Below, one piece after another: positions 1 to 8,819 of a stretch of DNA of 64,000 nucleotides. The stretch comes from Phycisphaeraceae bacterium (GTDB lineage Bacteria; Planctomycetota; Phycisphaerae; Phycisphaerales; Phycisphaeraceae), in assembly GCA_963674705.1 (NCBI GenBank), contig OY771506.1:1152001-1216000 (forward strand). Direction: 5' to 3'. The notes below the pieces were generated by a model. It was not told where the DNA came from, searched no databases, and worked only from the letters and a program-made list of their open reading frames with translations. Both the position numbers and the translations under genes were made by a program. Each line of letters begins with the position of its first letter. Position 1 is the first letter of the stretch.

Positions 1-874
1 CCGCGGCGAGCATTGCAAGCACCATGTCGCCCGCGCCGGTGACGTCATACACCTCGCGCGCCCGCGTCGGCACGAAAAGGGGCTTATCCCCTTTTTTCAT
101 CAGCAGCAATCCCTGCTTGTCCAGCGTCAACACCAGCGTGTCCAGCGACAAGCTGCGGATCATCTTGCGGCCAAGCTTTACCAGCGCATCGTGGCCGGTT
201 TCATAAGCATCCGAACCGGTGGCAAGCGCCGCTTCGTATCGGTTCGGCGTGATGCACGTCGCGCCGCGATACTTGCTGTAATCCTCGATCGCGGCCGGGT
301 CGACCAGCACCGGCACGCCCGCGCGCTTCGCGAGCTTGATCATTCCCTGACAAAGCGTTTCGTTTAAAACACCCTTGTTGTAGTCCTCGATGCAGAGGAT
401 GTCCGTCTGCTTGAGCTTGCGCTCGACGAGCTTGAGCAGCTTGTCCGTGATCGATTTGGAAATCGGCGCCCGGCTTTCCTGATCGACGCGGAACATCTTC
501 TGCGGATGCCGATGCTGCGCAAGCCCGATGAAGTTGTGCTTGACCGTGGTGGGCCGATCTTTGTCGGCGATCAATCCCTTGCCGTCGCAGCCCGCATCTT
601 CCAAAGCGCCGCGCAGCTTGTCTGCCATATCTTCGTTGCCGACGACACCGATGCAGTTCACTTCGCAGCGCAGCGCACGCAAAGCCAGCGCGACGTTGGC
701 CGCGCCGCCTGGTTTAAGTTCTTCACGTTCTGCTGCGAGGACCGGCACCGGCGCATCGGGGCTAAGCCGTTGTGCATAGCCATAGACGTAACGGTCGGCC
801 ATGAAGTCGCCGACGACGGTGACACGCCTTTCGCGCCAGTTGTCCAGCAGCCGGATCAGATCGCCGCCGGGCAA
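1..874 (-). CDS. hldE: HldE/RfaE-type D-glycero-D-manno-heptose-7-phosphate kinase (PfkB family), 3' end beyond window edge
   Basis: Hand translation from TTG at 874: MPGGDLIRLLDNWRERRVTVVGDFMADRYVYGYAQRLSPDAPVPV ... AREVYDVTGAGDMVLAMLAA; GD..D.Y/SP.APVPV and DVTGAGD motifs of RfaE domain I. Not in the ORF track because it is open at the edge. Confidence 0.9.
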   Translation of the reverse strand, partial: MPGGDLIRLLDNWRERRVTVVGDFMADRYVYGYAQRLSPDAPVPVLAAEREELKPGGAANVALALRALRCEVNCIGVVGNEDMADKLRGALEDAGCDGKGLIADKDRPTTVKHNFIGLAQHRHPQKMFRVDQESRAPISKSITDKLLKLVERKLKQTDILCIEDYNKGVLNETLCQGMIKLAKRAGVPVLVDPAAIEDYSKYRGATCITPNRYEAALATGSDAYETGHDALVKLGRKMIRSLSLDTLVLTLDKQGLLLMKKGDKPLFVPTRAREVYDVTGAGDMVLAMLAA

Positions 875-877
875 GGT

Positions 878-1027
878 TTACTTCTCTTCGTTATGCGAAT
901 GCTTGCTCGCGCGTTCGAAGAGCATGCCCGCGATGAAGCCCGCGACCGATGCCATGGCGAGGATAGCGACCATCATGCCGCTGCCGCCGTGGGCCAGTGT
1001 CCAAACCGTATCCATCATGCCGGCCAT
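878..1027 (-). CDS. Small (49 aa) single-pass membrane protein
   Basis: MAGMMDTVWTLAHGGSGMMVAILAMASVAGFIAGMLFERASKHSHNEEK*; GAAAGGA SD upstream; stop 3 nt before the hldE start. Confidence 0.65.
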   Translation of the reverse strand: MAGMMDTVWTLAHGGSGMMVAILAMASVAGFIAGMLFERASKHSHNEEK

Positions 1028-1486
1028 ATCCGATCCTTTCAAAACTGAAAAGTTTTTAGCTTTCTTGGGTTACCTCAGAAGAGGCACAACTGCGACAGTG
1101 TACACAGAACCGCCCCGCCGGTCATCACTTTCATACTTTCTTGCTACCCGTCACATCCGCCCCAAGCCCGGTCGTGGCCCAACGGGCCTTGGCCGGGGTG
1201 TATCGAGTAGAGCAAGATTAATTAAATAAACATGCAAAATCAGCCACCCGGGCAACGATTGCCCCGAGTTATATCGAAATCTTGCCAATCCGCCCCTGGC
1301 GTTCTGCGAAAAGAGCTGTAAACCTCCCGGAAACATCCGGAAACGCCCAATTGTTACATCTTGTTACTTCACGCTTTATCACAATAATGCCCTCCAAAAC
1401 CAAGGGCAAAAACGGTAAACTCTTTATCGATTCCCCGGCCCCGGCTGTCGGCCCGGACCGGTTCACGCTCAACCCGGAGCCCGCGC

Positions 1487-2782
1487 ATGCCCACGATGAT
1501 CCGATCGACCTGTGCATTTTTCCTGATGGCGATGTTCGTCATGATTTCAGTCGGCGCGGGACCCGCCGCCACCGAGGCCGAAGCGCCCCAGAAACGGGAC
1601 AAAATAGTACCGTGCGATGCGCACATGCGCAGTGACAAGCGGGGTGTGTGCGCAAATAAACTGGTGGATAACGACTTCCGCGTTTTGTCGACCGGGGTGT
1701 CGTGGTGGTATAATTGGCACTTCACGTCCCACGATACCCCACCCGATGATGTCAGTTTTGATTACGTCCCGATGGTCTGGGGCGACGATCCCGATTCACT
1801 TGCCGGCCTCGAAGCGCACCTGAAGTCGCACCCCAAACCGCGCCGCATCATGATCCTTAACGAGCCGAACCTCAAGGACCAGGCGTTCATCCCGCCCAAG
1901 CGCACCGCCGAAGTCTACAAGCAAGCCAAAGCGATCGCGGACAAGTTCGATGTGCCGGTCGATGGGCCGCACATGGCGCTCGGTTCGGCAACCGAAGCAA
2001 GCATCACCGCGTACGACCCGATCGATAAGAAGGAAGTCACTTACACCTACATGGTGCCTTTCTTAAAAGCGTTTCTTTATTACGTCGGCGACACCGAAGT
2101 GCCGGGCATCGGTTACCACGCGTATGGCGACATGAATGAAATCCGTTGGTCGGTCGACGAAATGTATAAACAGTTCGGCAAGCCGTTGTGGGTCACCGAG
2201 TACGCGCGCTGGGATGCCAGGGACATGGACACCGCGATCACGCATCTCATGCAGGCAACCGACCTGTTTGAACGCACCGAACACGTGCACGGCTACGCCT
2301 ACTTCAAGGAACGCGCGGACAATCCATACATCTCGCTGCTCGAACAAGAGCCCGGCAAACTCAGCCCGCTCGGTGAAGTCTATGTCAACATGCCCGTGCA
2401 TGATAAGCATGTGTACTATCAAATCCCCGGGAAACTGCAGGCAGAACGTTACGTGACGATGAACAACGCGGAGATCTATCCGACGAAAGATGCGGACGGC
2501 TTCGCGGACATGACGACAACACAAGCGCGCGGCGAACTGTCTTACAACATCTATACCGAAAAAACCGGGATGTATGATCTGACGCTACGCATCAGTGGCG
2601 AGCCGGGCGAGATACAATTAGGCGTCAATAAACGTATCGCCGCGGCGGTTACACCGACGCAGAACGGTTGGCAGGATGTGAAAGCGCGCTTGCGACTCAA
2701 AGCGGGTAAGCAGACGCTGCTCGTGCGTTTTGCGTCGGAAGGTCAGACGCTGAACTGGATTGAGTTCGCGGAAGTTGAATAG
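1487..2782 (+). CDS. Secreted glycoside hydrolase (GH128-like beta-1,3-glucanase) with C-terminal CBM6-like module
   Basis: Signal peptide; VSWWYNW, YVPMVWG, ILNEPN (acid/base Glu), PLWVTEY (nucleophile Glu); C-terminal IPGKLQAERY...LNWIEF. Confidence 0.8.
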   Translation: MPTMIRSTCAFFLMAMFVMISVGAGPAATEAEAPQKRDKIVPCDAHMRSDKRGVCANKLVDNDFRVLSTGVSWWYNWHFTSHDTPPDDVSFDYVPMVWGDDPDSLAGLEAHLKSHPKPRRIMILNEPNLKDQAFIPPKRTAEVYKQAKAIADKFDVPVDGPHMALGSATEASITAYDPIDKKEVTYTYMVPFLKAFLYYVGDTEVPGIGYHAYGDMNEIRWSVDEMYKQFGKPLWVTEYARWDARDMDTAITHLMQATDLFERTEHVHGYAYFKERADNPYISLLEQEPGKLSPLGEVYVNMPVHDKHVYYQIPGKLQAERYVTMNNAEIYPTKDADGFADMTTTQARGELSYNIYTEKTGMYDLTLRISGEPGEIQLGVNKRIAAAVTPTQNGWQDVKARLRLKAGKQTLLVRFASEGQTLNWIEFAEVE

Positions 2783-3064
2783 CCACAGATAAACACTCAA
2801 ATAACAGTGTATTTCAGGTATGAAGCACAACCAAACCCCCTCTCCCCTCGGGAGAGGGCCGGGGTGAGGGCCGGCGTTATTTTGGTTTTCGGTATTAGTG
2901 TGATCGCGTAATCAACCCGGCCCTTATCCTAACCTTCTCCCAGGGGGAGAAGGGACCAGGCCGAAGATTATCTATACGACCTTCTCTTATCTGCGTAATC
3001 GCCGTAATCTGCGGATACTTCTTCTGACTTCTTATCCGTGTTCATCCGTGTTTATCTGTGGCTA
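2780..3064. repeat. Nested inverted-repeat element (TAGCCAC-terminated family) containing an inverted pair of CCCTCTCCC..GGGAGAGGG palindromes
   Basis: Perfect 17-bp IR TAGCCACAGATAAACAC (2780-2796) / GTGTTTATCTGTGGCTA (3048-3064); inner inverted pair 2836-2874 / 2917-2954. Confidence 0.85.
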
Positions 3065-3074
3065 AAAAATACTG

Positions 3075-4250
3075 TTATTTCAGGGCTTTTCTTAGTGTGG
3101 GTTCGACGCCGTCGGCCAGGCGCAGGAAGCCGAGGTCGGTGGCGTGGACGCCGTCGACGGTGGCTTCGCTGTCGTGGCCGTAGAGGTCATCGCAGGGAAC
3201 GTAGTAGAGTTCACGCACGCCGTCTTTGCGCAGTTGTTTGTAGGCTTCTTTCAATCGTGCGTTGCTTGATTGGTAAGACTCGCGCATGGATTGCACGAAC
3301 CAGGCGTTCTGATACGGAACGTTTTCAACGATGACGATCGGCGTATCGGGATGCGCTTCGCGCAGCTTGGTAACCAGAGGGATGGTCCGCTGCGTGATCA
3401 TGTCAGGGCTCATGTTCGGACCGCAGTCGATGACGTAGGCGGCGACGTCGAGTTTGGCGATCATGTCGACGATCTCGGGGTCCATTTGGCCGTTGCCTGA
3501 GAAGCCGAGGTTGATGGTCGGCCGGTTCATTCGTCTGCCGATGATGCTCGGGTAAGCCATGCCCGGCCGTGATGCGCAGCCGCCCTGCAGGATGGAGGTG
3601 CCCCAGAAGAGGATGGGTTTTTCATGCCCGGCATCATACGGAACAGGTTCAGCCAGGCGCGAATCTTTTGCGACACCGATCTGTAATTGTTTGATCCCGT
3701 TGTATAACGGCAGATACAAGCGGTATTCGTGCGTTCCTTCCGGGGCTTTTTTGATCAGCGTCCATTCGCTGTCATCCTGCTGCTTAGGCCGACCCGCGCC
3801 GACCCAGCGGTATTGCCCGGCCGCGTCTTTGGCGTACAGGTCGACGCCGCTGTCGCCGGTGCTTGGCATGTGGTGCATGGACAGGCCGCTGGAGTTAAGC
3901 GACCAGCGCGCTGCGATGACGGGCGAATCAGTAATGAAACTCACCGACAGGCCTGCCGAATCGTGCGACAGCCCCCAGACTTCACCACGCACGACACCTT
4001 CCGCATCCGCAGGAAGCCGATCGTATGGAAGTTTGACCTCTTTCCATCCCTGACCTTCGACGCCGATATCAAGTGCATCGAACCAGAGCAGGTCGCTGTC
4101 GGCGACGGCGACGGCTTTAGATGGGTCGATGGCTGGTGTGTCAATCGCTTGTTGAACGTGTTGCGTCTTGCAGGCGGTCGTCAGCAGCACCAACAGTAAC
4201 AAGCAGACGAGGCGTGCAAACGCGGGGATTGTGGTTGAGGTGTATTGCAA
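3075..4250 (-). CDS. SGNH/GDSL hydrolase lipoprotein with GxDLY N-terminal domain
   Basis: Lipobox LLTTAC; SGVDLY; GTSILQGG, INLGFSGNG, DGVH blocks; AAGGAG SD. Confidence 0.85.
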   Translation of the reverse strand: MQYTSTTIPAFARLVCLLLLVLLTTACKTQHVQQAIDTPAIDPSKAVAVADSDLLWFDALDIGVEGQGWKEVKLPYDRLPADAEGVVRGEVWGLSHDSAGLSVSFITDSPVIAARWSLNSSGLSMHHMPSTGDSGVDLYAKDAAGQYRWVGAGRPKQQDDSEWTLIKKAPEGTHEYRLYLPLYNGIKQLQIGVAKDSRLAEPVPYDAGHEKPILFWGTSILQGGCASRPGMAYPSIIGRRMNRPTINLGFSGNGQMDPEIVDMIAKLDVAAYVIDCGPNMSPDMITQRTIPLVTKLREAHPDTPIVIVENVPYQNAWFVQSMRESYQSSNARLKEAYKQLRKDGVRELYYVPCDDLYGHDSEATVDGVHATDLGFLRLADGVEPTLRKALK

Positions 4251-4278
4251 AGTACGAAACTCCTTTCACATTGGAGTG

Positions 4279-4896
4279 TTAATCATACATGGCCGCGGTG
4301 TTGTTTGTTTTCACCGCTTCGTAGAGTTGCTTGAGTTGGTGTTCGAGGATGCGCGAGTGCGAGAGTTCAGGCAGGTCGTCGACCGAGAAGAAGCCTGATT
4401 CGGAGGACTCGTTGGTGGCGCGGGGCTGGCCGCCGATGATCTTGCAGTGGAAGAAGAGTTTGTAGACGTGGTAAGGCATCGGCGGTGTGTGGCCCTGCTT
4501 CTCGCGATCGAGTACCGCGAGCAGGTTGAGCGTTTCGACTTTGTATCCCGACTCTTCTTCGACCTCACGTATGATGGCTTGCGAGGGTGTGTCGTTCACA
4601 TCGGCCCATCCGCCGGGCAAAGTCCATCGGCCTTCATCGGCGTCTTCACGGATCAGAAGCACCTTGTCGTTCTGCACGATGAAGGCGCGCACGTCGACTT
4701 TCGGCGTGGCGTAGCCGTACTCGGCCTTGCGCCACTCGTAGATGTCCTGTTTTGTGAGGTTGGAAGATTCGGCTAACAGCTCCGCGGAGACTTCACGCAG
4801 ACGTTCATAACGTTCGCGATCGTATTGATCGTTGCAGTAGTGCAGGCCGGTCTGAGCGATGGCTTCGAGTTCGCGGGCGAGGGAGATTGGATCCAT
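4279..4896 (-). CDS. NUDIX hydrolase with N-terminal extension
   Basis: Nudix box GGWADVNDTPSQAIIREVEEESG; N-terminal ELEAIAQTGLHY..DQYDRERY; GYATPKVDVR. Confidence 0.9.
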   Translation of the reverse strand: MDPISLARELEAIAQTGLHYCNDQYDRERYERLREVSAELLAESSNLTKQDIYEWRKAEYGYATPKVDVRAFIVQNDKVLLIREDADEGRWTLPGGWADVNDTPSQAIIREVEEESGYKVETLNLLAVLDREKQGHTPPMPYHVYKLFFHCKIIGGQPRATNESSESGFFSVDDLPELSHSRILEHQLKQLYEAVKTNNTAAMYD

Positions 4897-4927
4897 GGAT
4901 ACTGACTTTCTTTGCAGCGTTATTTAT

Positions 4928-5109
4928 TTAGTCACAGATGAACACGAATGAATACAGATAAGAGTTTAGAAGAAGCATCCGCAGATTGCGGTGATTGAGC
5001 AGAATAAAAAAGAATCATTTATGAAGTCTTTTAATTCGGGTCATTTGCGCAATCTGCGGACAAAACCTCTTATTCTTATCCGTGTTCATCCGTGTTCATC
5101 CGCGGCTAA
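4928..5109. repeat. Nested inverted-repeat element (TAGCCAC family), overlapping the lpxK stop
   Basis: 36-nt outer arms 4928-4963 / 5074-5109 (30/36 complementary); perfect 13-bp inner IR TCCGCAGATTGCG 4978-4990 / 5048-5060. Confidence 0.85.
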
Positions 5110-6168
5110 AACCGCTTTTAATAAGTCGTCTATTGCATCGGCACCTTCCAGGAAGCTCAGGCCGAGGGTCGGGCGGAGGATGGGTGGATCGGTGTTTTCA
5201 TGTTGAAGCAATTCGGCCCACTTCACCCAGTCTTTTTCCGTGGTTACTACGGCATCGGCGTTATGTTGTTTGGCCTTTTTCAGGATGCGCTGGATGTCGT
5301 TCGTGGTGTAGGTGTGGTGGTCGTCGAAGGCATCGATGTGCAGGAGCTTGCCGGCGGCGGATTCGAGCATGCGTTTGAAAGCTTCGGGGTTGCCGATCGC
5401 GCAGGCGGCGGTGACTTGTTTGGCTTGCAGGTGGTCGGGCGGAAAAACGGGGTCTGACCCCGTTTCGGTAAAACCGGTCCATGTGGTGGCGGCGTGGGCC
5501 AGGGGTGGTTTATTGGTGAGGGTCTGGATTTGTTGATCGAGTTGCGAGAGCGCCTCGGCGGAAACCTGGTCGCATCTTGTGATGATGATGGCGTCGGCGC
5601 GTTTGAGGTTATGTTTGGATTCGCGCAATAGGCCTCTTGGCAACAGGTGATCGAAGCCGAAGGGTCTGGTAGCGTCGATCAGGACCAGGTTGAGGTCGCG
5701 GGCGACGCGGCGGTGTTGGAAGCCGTCATCTAACAGGAAGATGGTGGTTTCGGGATGGTCAGCGAGGACGCGGCGGGCACCTTCGACGCGATCGGGATTG
5801 GGCATGACGGGGACGGCGCTGCCGAGTGCGTTTTGGATTTCCTGGGCTTCATCACTGGTGGCCCCCTTCTCACCGGCCATGTAACCGCGCATGAGGACGG
5901 CGGGCTTGTGATTCAGGGCAATTAAGCGGCGGGCGAGTTCGATGACCATGGGGGTCTTGCCGGTGCCGCCGGTGGTGATGTTGCCGACGCTGATGACGGG
6001 GCGGTCGAGCTTGATGGTCTTCTTGATGCCGAGGTCGAAGAGCTTGTTGCGTGTGGCGGTGGCAAGGTGGTAGCCGGGCGTGAAGATAGCGAGTCCGAGG
6101 CGTGTGGCGGCGGCGGCGGGGTCTTTAGCGTGGCCGGACATGATGTCGTAGAGGCGTTGGTGGTTCAT
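5086..6168 (-). CDS. lpxK: Tetraacyldisaccharide 4'-kinase
   Basis: PVISVGNITTGGTGKTP, RGY, SDEA, LLDDGFQH, LLPRGLLRE, F.DHH.Y, TTEKD.VK. Confidence 0.95.
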   Translation of the reverse strand: MNHQRLYDIMSGHAKDPAAAATRLGLAIFTPGYHLATATRNKLFDLGIKKTIKLDRPVISVGNITTGGTGKTPMVIELARRLIALNHKPAVLMRGYMAGEKGATSDEAQEIQNALGSAVPVMPNPDRVEGARRVLADHPETTIFLLDDGFQHRRVARDLNLVLIDATRPFGFDHLLPRGLLRESKHNLKRADAIIITRCDQVSAEALSQLDQQIQTLTNKPPLAHAATTWTGFTETGSDPVFPPDHLQAKQVTAACAIGNPEAFKRMLESAAGKLLHIDAFDDHHTYTTNDIQRILKKAKQHNADAVVTTEKDWVKWAELLQHENTDPPILRPTLGLSFLEGADAIDDLLKAVLAADEHG

Positions 6169-6201
6169 GGGCCGGGTGCCATGATACGTAGGAGAAGGGA
6201 T

Positions 6202-6330
6202 TTAGCCACGAAAAGGCACAAGAGACACAAAAGGGCTGGTAAATGGAAGCGGATGGATGCTTGGGGATCCGGAAGCGTAATTGATATAGATTCTTAATTT
6301 TGTGTGTGTTTTGTGGCTTTTCGTGGCTAA
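6202..6330. repeat. Short inverted-repeat element (TAGCCAC family)
   Basis: TTAGCCACGAAAAG (6202-6215) / CTTTTCGTGGCTAA (6317-6330), extending imperfectly to ~31 nt. Confidence 0.8.
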
Positions 6331-6343
6331 CCGGGTTGAGTCA

Positions 6344-6940
6344 TTATGCCGGTTCGATGCCGAGGTTTTTGAGGGCGGGGATGAGTTTTTGCATGGGCAG
6401 GCCGACGACGGTGGTTTCGTCGCCTTCGACGGTGAGGGGCCAGCCGGCGTCGCGGCGGTCGAAGAGGTTGTATCCGCCGGCCTTGCCTTTCCACTGGTTG
6501 GAGTCGAGGTATTCGTCTAGCTGAGCGCTGTTCAGCTTGCCGAGGGTGACGCGTGCTTCGTCGGCGAAGGCGTTGGGCTGGTCCATGCTGTCGGTGAGTA
6601 GTGCAACCCCTGTGATGACGGAATGGGTGTTGAGCTGGAAGTGCTGGATCATGCGTCCGGCGTCTTCGCGGTCGACGGGCTGGCCGATGAGCTTACCGTT
6701 GGAACCGACGCAAATCGTGTCAGCAGATAGGATTACGACGTCCGGCGTGGCTGCTTCCCGCAGGCTGAGGGCTTTTTCGATCGCGAGCTTGGCGGCGAGG
6801 GTGCTTGCGGAGCCGGGGTGGTCGTTATCCGGCTGAGGCGGATCGTGGAACGGCGGCTCGGTCTGCTCGAACGTGAAGCCGGCTTCGGTAAGCAATAGCG
6901 CGCGTCGCGGGGATCGGCTGGCGAGGATGAGGTTTGGCAT
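6344..6940 (-). CDS. maf: Maf-family nucleoside triphosphate pyrophosphatase
   Basis: LILASRSPRR, KA, LSADT, GKAGGY, VVGLP. Confidence 0.93.
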   Translation of the reverse strand: MPNLILASRSPRRALLLTEAGFTFEQTEPPFHDPPQPDNDHPGSASTLAAKLAIEKALSLREAATPDVVILSADTICVGSNGKLIGQPVDREDAGRMIQHFQLNTHSVITGVALLTDSMDQPNAFADEARVTLGKLNSAQLDEYLDSNQWKGKAGGYNLFDRRDAGWPLTVEGDETTVVGLPMQKLIPALKNLGIEPA

Positions 6941-7165
6941 GGGGTCTGGGGTCTAGGGTCCGGGGTCTGGCAAGACGGATGCGGTATCGCTTGCCGGTGG
7001 ATAGTGTAGCGGGGGTGTTGGGGTCTGGGGTTTAGGGTCCGGGGTCTGGCAAAGCCAATGCGGCCGAAGCTGTGAGGTGGTTTGTGTGGGTGCCGGGCTT
7101 ATGGCACTGCCGGTCTCCCACTTCCGACCAGACCCTAGACTCCAGACCCTAGACCCAACACCTAA
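6941..7165. repeat. Heptamer tandem repeats (GGGGTCT/AGACCCC family): two direct copies and one inverted copy
   Basis: 6941-6973 and 7020-7052 are 33-nt direct repeats with 1 mismatch; complementary CCAGACC/CTAGACC tract at ~7128-7165; first tract abuts the maf ATG. Confidence 0.85.
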
Positions 7166-7316
7166 ATCCGCTTTATCAGTACTGATATTCAAGATTCGGT
7201 GCTGGTGGTCCCGATAACTGGCAACAGGGTTGATACGGTTGTCGGCCCCTCGAAGCGCCCGGTCCGGCTCTGACGTGTGAGTTGGCCGGCGGGTTTCACG
7301 GACGAAAGGCCCGGTT

Positions 7317-8729
7317 GTGCGAACCATTGCGATCATCAATCAGAAGGGTGGATGCGGCAAGACGACTTGCTCGATCAATCTCGCCGCCTCCCTGTCCGCC
7401 AAAGGCAAGCGCACCCTGCTGGTCGATATGGACCCGCAATCACATTGCGCGATGGGGTTGGCTGTGCCGGATGCACAGATCGACAAGTCGATCGCGGACA
7501 TGTTGCGAGTCGGTCTTGACGGGTCGCTTGCGATGTCGGAGATCACTTGGCAGATCGCGCGTGGGTTTGACCTTGCGCCGTCGTCGATCATGCTCGCTGG
7601 GATCGAGGCCCAACTGAACACCGCGCCGGACAAGGATCGGCGACTGGTGCAGGTCCTGTCGACGGTGCAGGACCATTATGATTTTTGCATTATTGACTGC
7701 CCGCCATCGATCGGGCTTTTGACGTTTAACGCGCTGCGTGCATCGGACGAGGTGTTGATCCCTGTCGAGACGGGATTCTTCTCGATGCAGGGTGCGGTGC
7801 GGCAGCAGCAGACGATCCGGATGCTGGCAAGGCGTGCGGGGCATCACGTGCGTTTCAGCGTGCTGGCGACGATGTATGACGTGCGTACGAAGCTGGCGCG
7901 TGAGATTTTGAGTGAGCTTCGGCGGCACTTCGGCGAAGACCTTTTGCCGATCGTGATCAACTTCAACAGCAAGCTGAAGGAAGCGGCGAGCTTCGGTCAG
8001 CCTATCACGGAATACGACGCGGCCAGCCGGGGCATGCAGGATTTTGAACGGCTGGCGGACTGGCTGTTGGCGAACCCGCCGGCACCGATGGTGTTCCCGT
8101 CGCAGGGTTTTGACGGTGAGCAGCCGATGCAGCAGCCCGTGGTGCAGAGCCAGAGCATAAACCCGGCGATGAGCCGGGCGGCGGAGCTGGTGGAGCGTGC
8201 CCGTGCGTTATCGACGCGGACCGCGGAATTGTCGTCGCGGCTGGCCAGTGATGAAGATGCACAGGCGGAAGGTTTTGCGCCACAGGCTCCGCATATTCCT
8301 GCGATGCCAAGCCCGCAGCCGTCGCCACAGTCTGAACAGGCGCCCGCACAAGCGCCGATGTCGAGTCGGCTGGCTCATGTGGAGCCCGGGGCGAGTAAGC
8401 CGGTGGTTCACGAGGTGCCGGACAGTTTTGAGAAGAAGCTGGCCGGGCTGTTTGGTGCCCGGCATACGGCCCAAGGGCTGCTGTTTATTCAGCCGGACAC
8501 CAAGGCGAGACAGGTCGCGATCGCGGGTGACTTTAATGGCTGGGACCCGGCGAGCACGCCGTTGAAGCGTGATTCGAACCTGGGAGTCTGGCAGACGTGC
8601 GTACCGGTGCCGCCGGGCCGATACCGCTACCGGTTGGTGGTGGATGGGCACTGGGTGCAGGACCCGTACAACAGTTATGTCGAGTCGAATCCGTTCGGCG
8701 AGTTGAACAACATCGTGGTTGTCGCATAG
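7317..8729 (+). CDS. ParA/Soj-family ATPase fused via a Pro/Gln-rich linker to a C-terminal glycogen-binding (CBM48/AMPK-beta-like) domain
   Basis: NQKGGCGKTT deviant Walker A, LVDMDPQ, IIDCPP; C-terminus VAIAGDFNGW..GVWQ..PPGRYRYRLVVDGHWVQDPYN..NPFGELNN. Confidence 0.9.
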   Translation: MRTIAIINQKGGCGKTTCSINLAASLSAKGKRTLLVDMDPQSHCAMGLAVPDAQIDKSIADMLRVGLDGSLAMSEITWQIARGFDLAPSSIMLAGIEAQLNTAPDKDRRLVQVLSTVQDHYDFCIIDCPPSIGLLTFNALRASDEVLIPVETGFFSMQGAVRQQQTIRMLARRAGHHVRFSVLATMYDVRTKLAREILSELRRHFGEDLLPIVINFNSKLKEAASFGQPITEYDAASRGMQDFERLADWLLANPPAPMVFPSQGFDGEQPMQQPVVQSQSINPAMSRAAELVERARALSTRTAELSSRLASDEDAQAEGFAPQAPHIPAMPSPQPSPQSEQAPAQAPMSSRLAHVEPGASKPVVHEVPDSFEKKLAGLFGARHTAQGLLFIQPDTKARQVAIAGDFNGWDPASTPLKRDSNLGVWQTCVPVPPGRYRYRLVVDGHWVQDPYNSYVESNPFGELNNIVVVA

Positions 8730-8819
8730 GCTTTGTTGTATCCCACGGAGGGACCCGGGGGTTCGCATGCCATGGAGGGCGGCGAGGAGAAGTACACGAA
8801 CAACCATCGGCGGTCAGTC

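Noticed and set aside
4991..5206. Short ORFs containing IRVHP (also 3038-3334, 5082-5378)
   Set aside because: Translations of the ATCCGTGTTC repeat arms, not genes.
6953..7339. 128-aa minus-strand ORF between maf and parA
   Set aside because: Much of it translates heptamer tracts (QTPDPKPQTP) and it overlaps the parA start.
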